DNA from: Gammaproteobacteria bacterium
GTDB taxonomy: Bacteria; Pseudomonadota; Gammaproteobacteria; JAURND01
Reading direction: 5' to 3'
DNA: 64,000 nucleotides
Assembly: GCA_035546635.1 (NCBI GenBank)
Contig: DASZWJ010000019.1
Span: 229,386-293,385, forward strand
A program made the position numbers and the translations under genes. Under the pieces are notes generated by a model, which searched no databases, was not told the origin of the DNA, and worked only from the letters and a program-made list of their open reading frames with translations. Shown in pieces: positions 31,837-41,629 of the stretch; within the stretch, counting starts at the first letter, position 1, and each line of letters starts with the position of its first letter.

Positions 31837-33399
31837 TCAACGATGACGCATCTTCCTCTGATTGAAATAGGCATATAATAAAAAAATCCCCATCAATACT
31901 AAAATAGGATAAATACCTATCTGCATCCAAGGCGTGCTTCCTGACATTGGTTGAACTTTACCTGTTAGTATAAACTCCCTAAACGGAGGGGCTGCTGCTA
32001 TGATCTTCCCTTTGGGAGTGACAATTGCTGTGATGCCATCATTCGTACTCATCAAGGCAAAACGACCCGTTTCCAAAGCTCGCATTTGTAAGATTTCCAG
32101 ATGCTGTGCTGGAGCTAGCGATTTGCCAAACCAACTGTCATCACTCAGAGTAATCAATAACTGTCCCTTAGGTAACTGATTTAACACAAGAGTTGGGTAG
32201 GCTATTTCATAACAAATAAAAGTTGCTATAGGAATACCATTGGCAGTTAGCAGTGCTTGATGCTTTGGACCACTATCAAAATCAGACATGGGAATTATCA
32301 CATAATTTTTTAACCACCTCAGGATTGAGCGAAATGGCATATACTCTCCAAATGGCACCAAATGACGCTTAAGATAAACTCCAGATCCCTGTCCTAGCGC
32401 AAGCATTCCATTGTAATACCGATCATCTAGCGCAATAGGTATTCCAGAAATCAGAGTACTCTGTTGAGATTTAGCCAATTGATCCATCTCTGCTAAAAAA
32501 TCAGATACCTGTGTTTGGTAAAAAGTAATAGCCGCTTCTGGCCAAATAACAATTCGCTGCTCCAGATTAGAGAGAGTCAGTTTTTTGTATAAAAGTAAGG
32601 ATTGTATGGCTTGTTCAGGTCGCCATTTAAGCTGCTGAGCGACATTTCCCTGTACCAAAGTCACTTTAACTGGATTACCACTAGGATGTGTCCAGCGAAT
32701 AGAATCTAATACTTCTCCACCTATCCATAATGCTAGCAGTAAAACGATAACTGATAACGCTAGACGGAAGTGTTTCCTGGCCATGATGGCCACTACAATA
32801 ACCCCACTGCTGACTGCAACTGCAAAGGATACACCAAATACTCCAACCAAAGGCGCAAAGCCGCTTAAAGGAGAAGCTATCTGCGAGTATCCCAAAAATA
32901 ACCATGGAAAACCGCTAAAGAACCAAGTGCGCACCCATTCTAGTAATACCCACAAGGCTGGGAAAGCTAATAAATATTTGCTGACAGTATTGGCTGGGAA
33001 AAACCGCGTTAAAACATAACCTAACACAGCAGGAAATAGCGCCAACACCATGATTAATAAGGCTGTAATAATTGCGGCAAGCACCGCATTTGCCTGCCCA
33101 TATTCACTCAAACTGATATAAATCCAAGAGATACCAATACCGAAAAAACCTAATCCAAATAACCAACCACGCCAAAAGCCATATTGCGGTGAAGCATCAG
33201 ATAATAAAATAAGCCAGAATGCTGGAGCCAAAACTGATAACAAATAAATGTGGAACGGTGCAAATGCCAGAGGCAGCAATAAGCCTGCAATCAACGCACC
33301 CAGATTACTCGGCCATGCAGGTCGTAGATTGACTCTACGGTTAAATGGGTTTTGAGGGTATTGTGCGGTTACATAATTAAAAGGACTGTATTTATTCAC
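31837..33399 (-). CDS. lnt: apolipoprotein N-acyltransferase
   Basis: A multi-TM N-terminal half is followed by a nitrilase-fold domain with WPE and the catalytic Cys context FICYEIAYP. It lies downstream of corC. Confidence 0.9.
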   Translation of the reverse strand: MNKYSPFNYVTAQYPQNPFNRRVNLRPAWPSNLGALIAGLLLPLAFAPFHIYLLSVLAPAFWLILLSDASPQYGFWRGWLFGLGFFGIGISWIYISLSEYGQANAVLAAIITALLIMVLALFPAVLGYVLTRFFPANTVSKYLLAFPALWVLLEWVRTWFFSGFPWLFLGYSQIASPLSGFAPLVGVFGVSFAVAVSSGVIVVAIMARKHFRLALSVIVLLLALWIGGEVLDSIRWTHPSGNPVKVTLVQGNVAQQLKWRPEQAIQSLLLYKKLTLSNLEQRIVIWPEAAITFYQTQVSDFLAEMDQLAKSQQSTLISGIPIALDDRYYNGMLALGQGSGVYLKRHLVPFGEYMPFRSILRWLKNYVIIPMSDFDSGPKHQALLTANGIPIATFICYEIAYPTLVLNQLPKGQLLITLSDDSWFGKSLAPAQHLEILQMRALETGRFALMSTNDGITAIVTPKGKIIAAAPPFREFILTGKVQPMSGSTPWMQIGIYPILVLMGIFLLYAYFNQRKMRHR

Positions 33400-33411
33400 A
33401 ATATAAGATCA

Positions 33412-34278
33412 CTATCGGTCATTTTTGTAACTGTTACTCTCTTCTGGTAATTGAGAGGAAGGCAGAGTTACTTGCAGTAATTTAATTCTACGTTTATCTG
33501 CATATAATACTTTAAACTCTAGATCGTCAATGCTAACTGTTTCAGAGCGCTTAGGCATATATCCAAAACTTTGAGCGACTAGACCACCTACGGTATCAAA
33601 TTCATCATCACTTAACGTTGTGTGAAAAAAATCATTAAATTCCTCGATGCGTGTCAAGGCTTTTACAGAATACTGTGAGCCACTGATTTGTTGAATATTG
33701 GTCTGATCTTCATCTACATCATACTCATCCTCAATTTCACCCACGATCTCTTCTAATACATCTTCAATAGTCAACATACCTGAAACACTACCGTATTCAT
33801 CGACAACAATCGCCATATGGTTACGGTTTTGGCGAAATTCTTCTAATAATATATTAAGCCTTTTACTTTCAGGGATGAAGGTGGCCGGTCGTAATATGTT
33901 GCTCATTTTAAATTCGGTTTCTTTATTAAAAGTAAATGGCAATAAATCTTTAGCCAGCAAAATACCCACTACTTCATCACGATTTTCTTTAATCACTGGG
34001 AAGCGTGAATGTGCGGACGAAATCACGGTAGGTAAAATCTCTTCCAGAGTTGAATCCAGTTCAATGACTACCATCTGTGATCGCGGAATCATCACATCCC
34101 GCACCTGCATCCCATGAACCTGAACGACTCCTTCAATCATGCGTATCGCTTCAGAATCTATTAAATGCTCATTAGCAGCATCCCGCAACCATTCCAGCAA
34201 TTCTTCAGGAGTTTTAGGACGCGAAAGCGCATGGCCTATTCGTTCTAGCCAAGATTTACTCGACGATTCACCACTCAT
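33412..34278 (-). CDS. corC: CBS-pair/CorC_HlyC domain Mg/Co efflux protein CorC (YbeX)
   Basis: 288 aa with a CBS pair (VRDVMIPRSQM) and a C-terminal transporter-associated domain. It is paired with lnt. Confidence 0.88.
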   Translation of the reverse strand: MSGESSSKSWLERIGHALSRPKTPEELLEWLRDAANEHLIDSEAIRMIEGVVQVHGMQVRDVMIPRSQMVVIELDSTLEEILPTVISSAHSRFPVIKENRDEVVGILLAKDLLPFTFNKETEFKMSNILRPATFIPESKRLNILLEEFRQNRNHMAIVVDEYGSVSGMLTIEDVLEEIVGEIEDEYDVDEDQTNIQQISGSQYSVKALTRIEEFNDFFHTTLSDDEFDTVGGLVAQSFGYMPKRSETVSIDDLEFKVLYADKRRIKLLQVTLPSSQLPEESNSYKNDR

Positions 34279-34318
34279 AAAATTTATGTTCTCCTGGGCG
34301 CTTAGTTTAGTTCAGTTG

Positions 34319-34834
34319 TCATGCTTCTCTATGCTTAGGTGTCAGGTTATACTCCATTTTTAGTGCATCCGCACCATCAGCATAAAACCCAACACACCTA
34401 ACAATAGGTTTAAAACCAAGTTTGCTATAAAAATTTAAAGCAGCATAGTTATCTACTCGTACTTCCAAACGTATTTTCTGTAACTTCTGGTTTTGAATTT
34501 CTAAAATGGCTATTTCCATTAAATGCTTCCCTAAACCCATACCATGATAATCAGGATGTAATGCTAAGGAATGCAGGTGAGCGGCAGTTGAGTTTTTACG
34601 AAGCAGGAATAGGGCATAACCAATGATTAATTCTTGAATCTTTATAGTTAAAAACAATACATGCCCATGATGGATAAAATGACTAAACTGGCGTCTTGAC
34701 AACGGATAATCACTGGCCTGAAAGGATAATTGCTCCAGTGCGACTAGCGCATTTAGATCTGTGGGTACAGCTTTAACTATTTTTACTTTCTCGGCGTTAG
34801 TAGCCAATGGAGAAATTTTAGATTTTTCAGCCAT
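34319..34834 (-). CDS. GNAT family N-acetyltransferase
   Basis: It has the acetyl-CoA-binding block LALHPDYHGMGLGKHLM (R/QxxGxG/A type) in a 171-aa protein. Confidence 0.8.
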   Translation of the reverse strand: MAEKSKISPLATNAEKVKIVKAVPTDLNALVALEQLSFQASDYPLSRRQFSHFIHHGHVLFLTIKIQELIIGYALFLLRKNSTAAHLHSLALHPDYHGMGLGKHLMEIAILEIQNQKLQKIRLEVRVDNYAALNFYSKLGFKPIVRCVGFYADGADALKMEYNLTPKHREA

Positions 34835-34905
34835 AAATTAAGAACTTAAAAATCTTACTTCACAGTTAAGCTAGGGGCTGTCGTCAATTAACCCTCCCCC
34901 CCTGC

Positions 34906-35008
34906 GTCGTCCCGCACTTGTCAGCGGGATCCAGGGAGTCTGGCAGATTTTTTTGGCTTCTTAGCAAGTTTTATCCTCTTCTAGATCTCGCGGAAGCCGC
35001 GGGACGAC
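34906..35008. repeat. family D palindromic element (gtcgtcccgc ... gcgggacgac)
   Basis: It has 10-bp terminal inverted repeats at 34906-34915 and 34999-35008, internal small hairpins, and the gggatccag block shared with family C. Confidence 0.7.
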
Positions 35009-35045
35009 ATAGTAGGGCGCGTGTGACGACAGACCCCAGATTTTA

Positions 35046-35077
35046 TTTTCCTTTTCCCATAAGAGGAAAAGAAAAAG
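35046..35077. repeat. family A-like hairpin (cccataagagg core)
   Basis: ttttccttttcccataagaggaaaagaaaaa lies just downstream of the lapA stop on the minus strand. Confidence 0.55.
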
Positions 35078-35103
35078 TGCAATTCAAAAAACCTGACCAT
35101 TAT

Positions 35104-35412
35104 TCAAGTCTTGTCTGTGGGCTCCAGAGATGAAGTTTCCGCTACAACAGCTTGATTTTTCTCCAATTGTTTTATGTGGTTTTTAAGCGAGCGGTTGCGA
35201 TTTTTTAATTTAAACCAAGGATAAATGGTTGTCAAAAAACCAAGTATAATTCCTATACCCAGGCAATAAACCATTAACAAAGACAATGCAATCTTAGTAT
35301 TTCCAAGATAATAATCTAAAGTGACAGGCGTATCATTACGAACTGCGAAAGTAATGCCTAGCAGTATAATCAGTAGTATTAGTACATAAGAGATGATACG
35401 CATGACTTTCAT
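35104..35412 (-). CDS. lapA: LapA-like (YciS/DUF1049) inner-membrane protein
   Basis: 102 aa with two TM helices and then a basic/helical tail (KLKNRNRSLKNHIKQLEKNQ). It lies downstream of rpsA, the usual lapA neighbourhood. Confidence 0.6.
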   Translation of the reverse strand: MKVMRIISYVLILLIILLGITFAVRNDTPVTLDYYLGNTKIALSLLMVYCLGIGIILGFLTTIYPWFKLKNRNRSLKNHIKQLEKNQAVVAETSSLEPTDKT

Positions 35413-35433
35413 AGAACCTCCTTTTCGCCTTCT

Positions 35434-35585
35434 CCCAAGGGTCGTTGTTGAATAAATCGAATAAATTGAGTGTCAATCTATGTTGGGTGCCATCCGGCTG
35501 AGATTCCGCGACTTGATCGCGGGATCTCAGCCGGATGGCACTAAGCAGAGTAAACCCTTCTTATTTATTCAACAATCCCCAAGGG
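35434..35585. mobile_element. MITE-like element with 13-bp terminal inverted repeats and an 8-bp flanking direct duplication
   Basis: The direct repeat cccaaggg occurs at 35434-35441 and 35578-35585. The TIRs are ttgttgaataaat (35445-35457) and atttattcaacaa (35563-35575). The central 25-bp hairpin spans 35487-35541. No ORF is present. Confidence 0.7.
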
Positions 35586-35619
35586 AAAAAGGAAATGTGA
35601 CCAGTTAAAATAGGCTCCT

Positions 35620-37296
35620 TTACTCTTTGTTATTTTTATCACCTTTAACCTGCTCTCTGAACAAATCTCCTAAAGTAGTGCCAACTATCGGTTCTTTTTT
35701 GGAAGAAGCTTTAGGTTCTTTAGTTTCTTCATCCAAAGCTTTTAAAGACAGATTGAAAATGTTCAGTTTACGATCCACACCGATTAATTTTGCAGTAACT
35801 TCATCTCCGACCTTGAAAAATTCCTGAGCATCTTTCAATTGCTCATGGCTGATTTCAGATACACGCAGATGTCCTTGCAACCCATTGCCCAAATCAATCA
35901 CGGCACGTTTTGCATCTACAGAGGTTACTTGACCATTGACGATAGTACCTTTAGGGTGATCTTCCAAGAATTTTCCGATAGGATCACTTTCTAATTGTTT
36001 AACGCCAAGAGATATACGCTCACGTTCAGGATCAATGGCTAAAATAACTGCTTCCAGTTGATCGCCTTTCTTGTATTTACGGATAGCTGCTTCACCGGTA
36101 TCTTTCCAGGAAATATCTGATAAATGCACTAAGCCATCAATACCCCCTTCCAAACCAATGAAGATACCAAAATCAGTGATGGATTTAACGCTGCCGGAAA
36201 CTTTTTCTCCCTTATTATGATTGTTAGCGAACTCTGCCCAGGGGTTAGGTTGGCACTGTTTCATGCCTAAAGAAATTCGACGTCGCTCTTCATCAATCTC
36301 CAATACCATGACTTCAACTTCCTGACCCGGTTGTACAAGCTTGGCAGGATGGACATTTTTATTAGTCCAATCCATTTCAGACATATGCACCAGACCTTCG
36401 ATACCGTCTTCAATTTGCACAAAACAGCCGTAATCAGTGATGTTGGTGATATTTCCAAATAAATGGGTATTAACTGGATAACGGCGTGCAATATCTAACC
36501 ACGGATCTTCGCCTAATTGTTTCAAGCCCAATGAAACACGTTTTTTATCTCTGTCATATTTGAGCACTTTAACTTTAATTTCATCACCCACTTTCAAGAT
36601 TTCGCTAGGATGTTTTACGCGTCTCCAAGCCATATCCGTAATATGCAGCAACCCATCAATGCCGCCTAAATCAATGAAGGCGCCATAATCAGTAATATTT
36701 TTGACCACACCGGTGAATTCCTGACCCTCTTTCAGGCTTTCCAGTAAGGCTTGTCGCTCGCCGCCTGACTCTTCTTCAACCACAGCACGGCGGGAAACTA
36801 CAATATTATTACGCTTCTGATCCATCTTGATGACTTTAAATTCCAGCTCTTTACCTTCCAAAGCTGCTGCTTCACGTGTAGAACGCAGGTCTACTAAGGA
36901 GCCTGGTAAAAATGCACGCACTGAGTTCAAATCTACCGTAAATCCGCCTTTGACGCGTTCTGTCACTAAACCCATTACCGTCTGCCCTGAAGTGAAGGCT
37001 TTTTCAAGCTGTTCCCAAGCTTCAGTTCTGCGAGCTTTTTCGCGAGATACGCGGGTATTGCCAAAACCATCTTCCAGTGTTTCAACAATGACATTAATTT
37101 CATCCCCAAGCTGTACCGTTTCTCCACGAAATTCTTCTGCTGGAACAACGGCGTCTGATTTCAGGCCTGTGTTTACTGTAATATTTTCAGGGGTAATGCG
37201 AATGATCTTAGCCCGCACTGTGGCGCCGGGTCTAATATCGGCTTGTTTTAAGGTTTCTTGAAACAGGTCAGCGAAACTTTCGTTGGTATTACTCAT
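35620..37296 (-). CDS. rpsA: 30S ribosomal protein S1
   Basis: 558 aa with six S1 repeats (for example [26 protein letters not shown]), downstream of cmk. Confidence 0.97.
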   Translation of the reverse strand: MSNTNESFADLFQETLKQADIRPGATVRAKIIRITPENITVNTGLKSDAVVPAEEFRGETVQLGDEINVIVETLEDGFGNTRVSREKARRTEAWEQLEKAFTSGQTVMGLVTERVKGGFTVDLNSVRAFLPGSLVDLRSTREAAALEGKELEFKVIKMDQKRNNIVVSRRAVVEEESGGERQALLESLKEGQEFTGVVKNITDYGAFIDLGGIDGLLHITDMAWRRVKHPSEILKVGDEIKVKVLKYDRDKKRVSLGLKQLGEDPWLDIARRYPVNTHLFGNITNITDYGCFVQIEDGIEGLVHMSEMDWTNKNVHPAKLVQPGQEVEVMVLEIDEERRRISLGMKQCQPNPWAEFANNHNKGEKVSGSVKSITDFGIFIGLEGGIDGLVHLSDISWKDTGEAAIRKYKKGDQLEAVILAIDPERERISLGVKQLESDPIGKFLEDHPKGTIVNGQVTSVDAKRAVIDLGNGLQGHLRVSEISHEQLKDAQEFFKVGDEVTAKLIGVDRKLNIFNLSLKALDEETKEPKASSKKEPIVGTTLGDLFREQVKGDKNNKE

Positions 37297-37477
37297 TATT
37301 TAAATTCCAGATTCAAATTATCAGCCTCAAGCAATCAGAGGTGAGTTGTAACTGTCATAAATGACAGGGTTAATAATTGCCTTCAGACGATACTTATTCT
37401 AAAGACCCGCATTTTTTAAAACTGAGATAACTGAAAATTATTTAGTCGTTGGCGCGAAATTCAAAAAATGCGCATCG

Positions 37478-37562
37478 TTCCAGCAGGAAGGCCGGATCCA
37501 GTCGCAGGAAAGCGAAACTTTAACTTCCCTGTCAACTGGATCCCGACTCCCTGCCGGGACGG
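37478..37562 (+). repeat. family C element, copy 1
   Basis: ttccagcaggaaggccggatccagtcgcaggaaagcgaaactttaacttccctgtcaactggatcccgactccctgccgggacgg aligns along its length with 63453-63538. It overlaps the cmk 3' end. Confidence 0.8.
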
Positions 37563-38254
37563 CGCTTAATTGACGACCAAACTTGCAGTATACGCTCAAA
37601 AACTTGTTCAACCGTCAATTCAGTGGTATCAATTAAAATGGCATCCAGTGCCGGTATTAGAGGAGCTACGCCGCGCTGTTTATCACGTGTATCACGCTGT
37701 ACTAAATCCTGCAAAATGGCGTCAAGGCTAACATGTACTTCCTGGCTTTTCAACTGTGCAAAGCGTCTTTTTGCGCGTTCTTCTAAACTGGCTTGCAGAA
37801 AAATTTTCAGCTGTGCATCAGGGAATACCACAGTCCCCATGTCACGTCCATCCGTCACTAACCCAGGCCACCTGCGAAACATGCGTTGCCTGTCCAGTAG
37901 CGCAGTGCGCACAGCCGACAAGGCAGCAATCCGAGAAGCGGCATTGCCACAACTTTCACTGCGTATAGCAAAAGTGACATCTTGCCCTGACAAAAGGATT
38001 TTTATGGCGCCATTGGTTTCAATAAATTCAATGCTTAGATGATGCGCCAAATCCTGCAATTGCTGCTCACTACTTAAATCAATCCTACGTTCTAGTGCTG
38101 CATAAGCTAACAAACGATAAAGCGCGCCACTATCTAAGTAATGCCACCCCAACTTTTTAGCAATTAATTCGCCCACGGTTCCCTTGCCAGTACCACCTGG
38201 GCCATCAATAGCGATAACGGGTGGCAATTCACTCACTATATTACTTTTTTTCAT
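37532..38254 (-). CDS. cmk: cytidylate kinase
   Basis: I trimmed the ORF to ATG 38254 (MKKSNIV...IAIDGPGGTGKGT, a P-loop). The last 10 codons and the stop lie inside family C repeat copy 1. Confidence 0.9.
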   Translation of the reverse strand: MKKSNIVSELPPVIAIDGPGGTGKGTVGELIAKKLGWHYLDSGALYRLLAYAALERRIDLSSEQQLQDLAHHLSIEFIETNGAIKILLSGQDVTFAIRSESCGNAASRIAALSAVRTALLDRQRMFRRWPGLVTDGRDMGTVVFPDAQLKIFLQASLEERAKRRFAQLKSQEVHVSLDAILQDLVQRDTRDKQRGVAPLIPALDAILIDTTELTVEQVFERILQVWSSIKRRPGRESGSS

Positions 38255-38285
38255 TAAACTGGTGCTCACTATCTCAGTATTTATA

Positions 38286-38768
38286 TTATTTAAAGCATTC
38301 ACCAAGCGCGCATATCACTGCCTGCCTACGGATCATTTCCCGATCACCTTCAAAATGGTAGCAGACCAGTTGTGTTAATTTACCAATAGCGGCTGCAGCA
38401 ATCCATACCGTACCTACTGGTTTTTCAATGCTACCTCCTTCTGGTCCTGCGATTCCGGTAATGGCGATAGTGCAGTGTGCCCGACTATGCGTTAAGGCAC
38501 CTTCAGCCATTTCCTGCACCGTCTGTGCACTCACTGCACCAAATTGGGTTAAAGTGCTGTGTTTTACTCCCAGCATATCCTGTTTGGCCTGATTGCTGTA
38601 AGTGATAAAACCCCGATCGAACCAGGTCGAACTGCCTGCAATAGAAGTAATCGTTTCTGACAGCCATCCCCCAGTGCAAGATTCAGCCACTGCTAAAAGA
38701 TGACCCCGTTGCTTAAGCAATTCTCCAAGCCGAGTAGCTAAAGTTTGTAATTCGATATCAATAGTCAT
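38286..38768 (-). CDS. pncC: nicotinamide-nucleotide amidohydrolase PncC / CinA C-terminal domain protein
   Basis: 160 aa with LAVAESCTGGWL and ITGIAGPEGG, divergent from mutS. Confidence 0.85.
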   Translation of the reverse strand: MTIDIELQTLATRLGELLKQRGHLLAVAESCTGGWLSETITSIAGSSTWFDRGFITYSNQAKQDMLGVKHSTLTQFGAVSAQTVQEMAEGALTHSRAHCTIAITGIAGPEGGSIEKPVGTVWIAAAAIGKLTQLVCYHFEGDREMIRRQAVICALGECFK

Positions 38769-39000
38769 GAGTTAATTTAAGAATGAGTGCTCTGTTTCCA
38801 TTGACTTTTAATCTCGTCAACAGGAAAACCCAGGAAGTTGTTGATCTGAAAGAAGTAGGCAGTATAAAGCGCATATATACACTGTGCAATAAAATATATG
38901 ATGGCTAACTATCATCCTTTGCCCAATGACAGATAGTTCCAGGATGAGCGCTGTACTATTACTCTGGAGTCCTGTCTTATCCTCAGCTATCATACCGTCC

Positions 39001-41595
39001 ATGAAAATGGATATAACAAAAACCACTGAAGAATTATCCGCGCATACGCCAGCGATGCAGCAATATCTGCGTATTAAAGCCCAGCATCCTGATATGTTGC
39101 TGTTTTACCGCATGGGCGACTTCTACGAATTATTTTTTTCCGATGCAGAAAAAGCTGCACGACTGCTCAATATCACCCTCACCGCACGTGGCCAATCCGC
39201 AGGTCGAGCCATACCTATGGCGGGCGTGCCTTACCATGCCTTAGAAAATTATCTTGCCAAACTAGTACAGCTAGGAGAATCAGCAGTATTGTGTGAACAA
39301 GTGGGAGATCCAGCAACCAGCAAAGGCCCAGTTGAACGCCAAGTCACACGCATCATCACCCCTGGTACTGTCAGCGACGATGCGCTATTAGATGAGTCTA
39401 ACGATAATCTATTGGTAGCCATCCACACCGTAGGCAATCAATTTGGCATCGCCAGCCTCGATATCACCAGCGGTCGCTTTCAGATTCTAGAAGTGCAGGG
39501 TATAGAAGCACTGCAAGCAGAACTTGCTCGCTTAAAACCAGCAGAAACGCTTTTGAGTGAAGACTTTGCTCATGTGCAGCATTTAACGTCATTCGCAATG
39601 CGCCGTCGTCCGCCTTGGGAATTTGAAATAGACAGCGCCCTGCATGTGTTAAATCAACAATTTAAAACCCAAAATTTGCAAGGTTTTGGTTGCGATCATC
39701 TGAGTATCGCCATCTGCGCTGCCGGGGCGCTACTACACTATGTTAAATATACACAACGCTCAGCGCTACCCCATATCCGTGCCCTGATAGCTGAACCGCA
39801 CGATGCCAGCGTCATACTGGATTCTGCGACCTTGCGCAATCTGGAACTGATAACTAACTTAAATGGTGGTAAACAACACACACTAGCGGAAATCCTCGAT
39901 CAGACGGCAACACCGATGGGCAGTCGAGCATTGCGCCGCTGGCTGACCCGCCCCACTCGCGATATATCCCTATTAATCACCCGCCAACAAAATATCGCCA
40001 CATTACAAGCCACAGCGCTTAACCAACCTTTACATAGCCTATTGCGGGGCATTGGTGACATGGAACGTATTCTTGCGCGTATCGCATTAAAATCAGCGCG
40101 CCCACGTGATTTAGCACAACTACGCCAAGCATTAACTCTTCTTCCCCAAATTCAAACTTTACTCATGAAGCACTTAACGCCCAGTTTGCAACAGCTAAGT
40201 ATTGATCTTAAAGATTTCAACCACTTAACACAGCTATTGCAACAGGCTATTGTGGAAAATCCTCCCGCATTGCTGCGGGAAGGTGGTGTGATAGCCACTG
40301 GATATGATAAGGAGCTGGATGAATGGCGCCAATTAAGCGAGCACGCAGATCAGTTCCTGATCGACTTAGAGCAACGCGAAAAAGCCCGCACCGGTATAGC
40401 TACATTAAAAGTGGGCTATAACCGCATCCATGGCTATTACATTGAGATTAGCCGTGGTCAATCGGCAGCAGCACCGGTTGATTACATCCGCCGTCAGACT
40501 TTAAAAAATGCTGAGCGCTATATCACCCCTGAACTCAAGCAATTTGAAGATAAAGTATTAAGTAGCAAAAGTCGTGCCTTATCACGCGAAAAATTACTGT
40601 ATGAAGAATTACTCGATCGTCTGATACAAGACATCGCGTCACTGCAAACGACAGCCAGCGCTTTAGCAGAATTAGATGTACTCAATAATCTCGCAGAACG
40701 CGCTACGACTTTGAACTTGGTCGCACCTGAATTTCAGCAGCAACCTGGCATTTTTATCGAAGCCGGCCGGCATCTGGTTATTGAACAAGTCAGTCAAGCC
40801 CCTTTTGTGCCTAACGATATTCAATGCCATGCTGAGCGACGCATGTTGCTTATCACAGGTCCAAATATGGGCGGAAAATCAACCTATATGCGTCAGACGG
40901 CTTTAATCGCGCTATTGGCTTATACCGGCAGCTTTGTTCCTGCTTCACGCGCTATACTGGGCCCTATAGATAGAATCTTTACCCGCATCGGCGCCAGCGA
41001 TGATTTAGCCAGCGGTCGTTCTACTTTTATGGTAGAAATGACAGAAACGGCGACTATTTTACATAACGCGACAGAAAACTCTCTGGTACTTATGGATGAG
41101 ATCGGCAGAGGCACTAGCACCTTTGATGGTTTATCCTTGGCCTGGGCATGTGCCGCACACCTGGCTCGTGAAATCCGTGCTTTAACATTATTTTCAACAC
41201 ATTATTTTGAGTTAACGCATTTACCGGAGTACATTCCCTGTGTAGCTAATGTCCATCTGCACGCAGTGGAACATAATGATAAAATTGTATTTTTACATAC
41301 GGTCAATGAAGGACCGGCAAGCCAAAGCTATGGTTTACAGGTGGCGCAATTGGCGGGAGTGCCACACGCAGTTATCCAGCAAGCGCGCGATAAATTGCAA
41401 GAATTGGAGCGGCAAAATTTTCAGGCAATGCCCCAGCAACATCTGTCACAACCGGTACAAAAAGATTTTTTACTGGAGACTTTTTTGCATCCAGCACTGG
41501 AAAAACTGAAAAGTATAGCACCGGATTCACTGACACCAATGGCTGCCTTAGAAGAGATTTATAAGTTAAAAAAAATGCTGGAGCTCACATTGTGA
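39001..41595 (+). CDS. mutS: DNA mismatch repair protein MutS
   Basis: I trimmed ORF 38926.. to ATG 39001 (or 39007). It has [16 protein letters not shown], Walker [10 protein letters not shown] and [14 protein letters not shown]. Confidence 0.95.
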   Translation: MKMDITKTTEELSAHTPAMQQYLRIKAQHPDMLLFYRMGDFYELFFSDAEKAARLLNITLTARGQSAGRAIPMAGVPYHALENYLAKLVQLGESAVLCEQVGDPATSKGPVERQVTRIITPGTVSDDALLDESNDNLLVAIHTVGNQFGIASLDITSGRFQILEVQGIEALQAELARLKPAETLLSEDFAHVQHLTSFAMRRRPPWEFEIDSALHVLNQQFKTQNLQGFGCDHLSIAICAAGALLHYVKYTQRSALPHIRALIAEPHDASVILDSATLRNLELITNLNGGKQHTLAEILDQTATPMGSRALRRWLTRPTRDISLLITRQQNIATLQATALNQPLHSLLRGIGDMERILARIALKSARPRDLAQLRQALTLLPQIQTLLMKHLTPSLQQLSIDLKDFNHLTQLLQQAIVENPPALLREGGVIATGYDKELDEWRQLSEHADQFLIDLEQREKARTGIATLKVGYNRIHGYYIEISRGQSAAAPVDYIRRQTLKNAERYITPELKQFEDKVLSSKSRALSREKLLYEELLDRLIQDIASLQTTASALAELDVLNNLAERATTLNLVAPEFQQQPGIFIEAGRHLVIEQVSQAPFVPNDIQCHAERRMLLITGPNMGGKSTYMRQTALIALLAYTGSFVPASRAILGPIDRIFTRIGASDDLASGRSTFMVEMTETATILHNATENSLVLMDEIGRGTSTFDGLSLAWACAAHLAREIRALTLFSTHYFELTHLPEYIPCVANVHLHAVEHNDKIVFLHTVNEGPASQSYGLQVAQLAGVPHAVIQQARDKLQELERQNFQAMPQQHLSQPVQKDFLLETFLHPALEKLKSIAPDSLTPMAALEEIYKLKKMLELTL

Positions 41596-41629
41596 CAATC
41601 CTAATCAATTTACCCAACCCAGGTTAAAC

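Noticed and set aside
31736-31930. A 64-aa minus-strand ORF crossing the long hairpin and the lnt 3' end.
   Set aside because: It starts inside lnt in another frame and runs into the right arm of the inverted repeat. It has no SD and no motifs.
34896-34902. Homopolymeric C7 tracts (34896-34902 and 60365-60371) as phase-variation switches.
   Set aside because: Both are intergenic and part of palindromic repeats. They are not within or immediately upstream of a start codon in a way that would gate expression.
34918-35133. A 71-aa ORF spanning the lapA-GNAT spacer.
   Set aside because: It is built almost entirely from the family D and family A-like palindromes and overlaps the lapA 3' end, so it is a repeat-derived artefact.
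36827-37261. A 144-aa ORF antisense to rpsA. Many other antisense or shadow ORFs appear in the track, for example 282..521, 861..1193, 11337..11669, 12008..12295, 37623..38042, 32783..33019 and 47847..48173.
   Set aside because: They lie entirely inside well-supported genes on the opposite strand. They have low-complexity or biased composition and no motifs, which is typical of shadow ORFs.
38817-39026. A 69-aa minus-strand ORF in the pncC-mutS divergent spacer.
   Set aside because: It overlaps the mutS start region. This is most likely promoter/leader DNA, and nothing supports coding.
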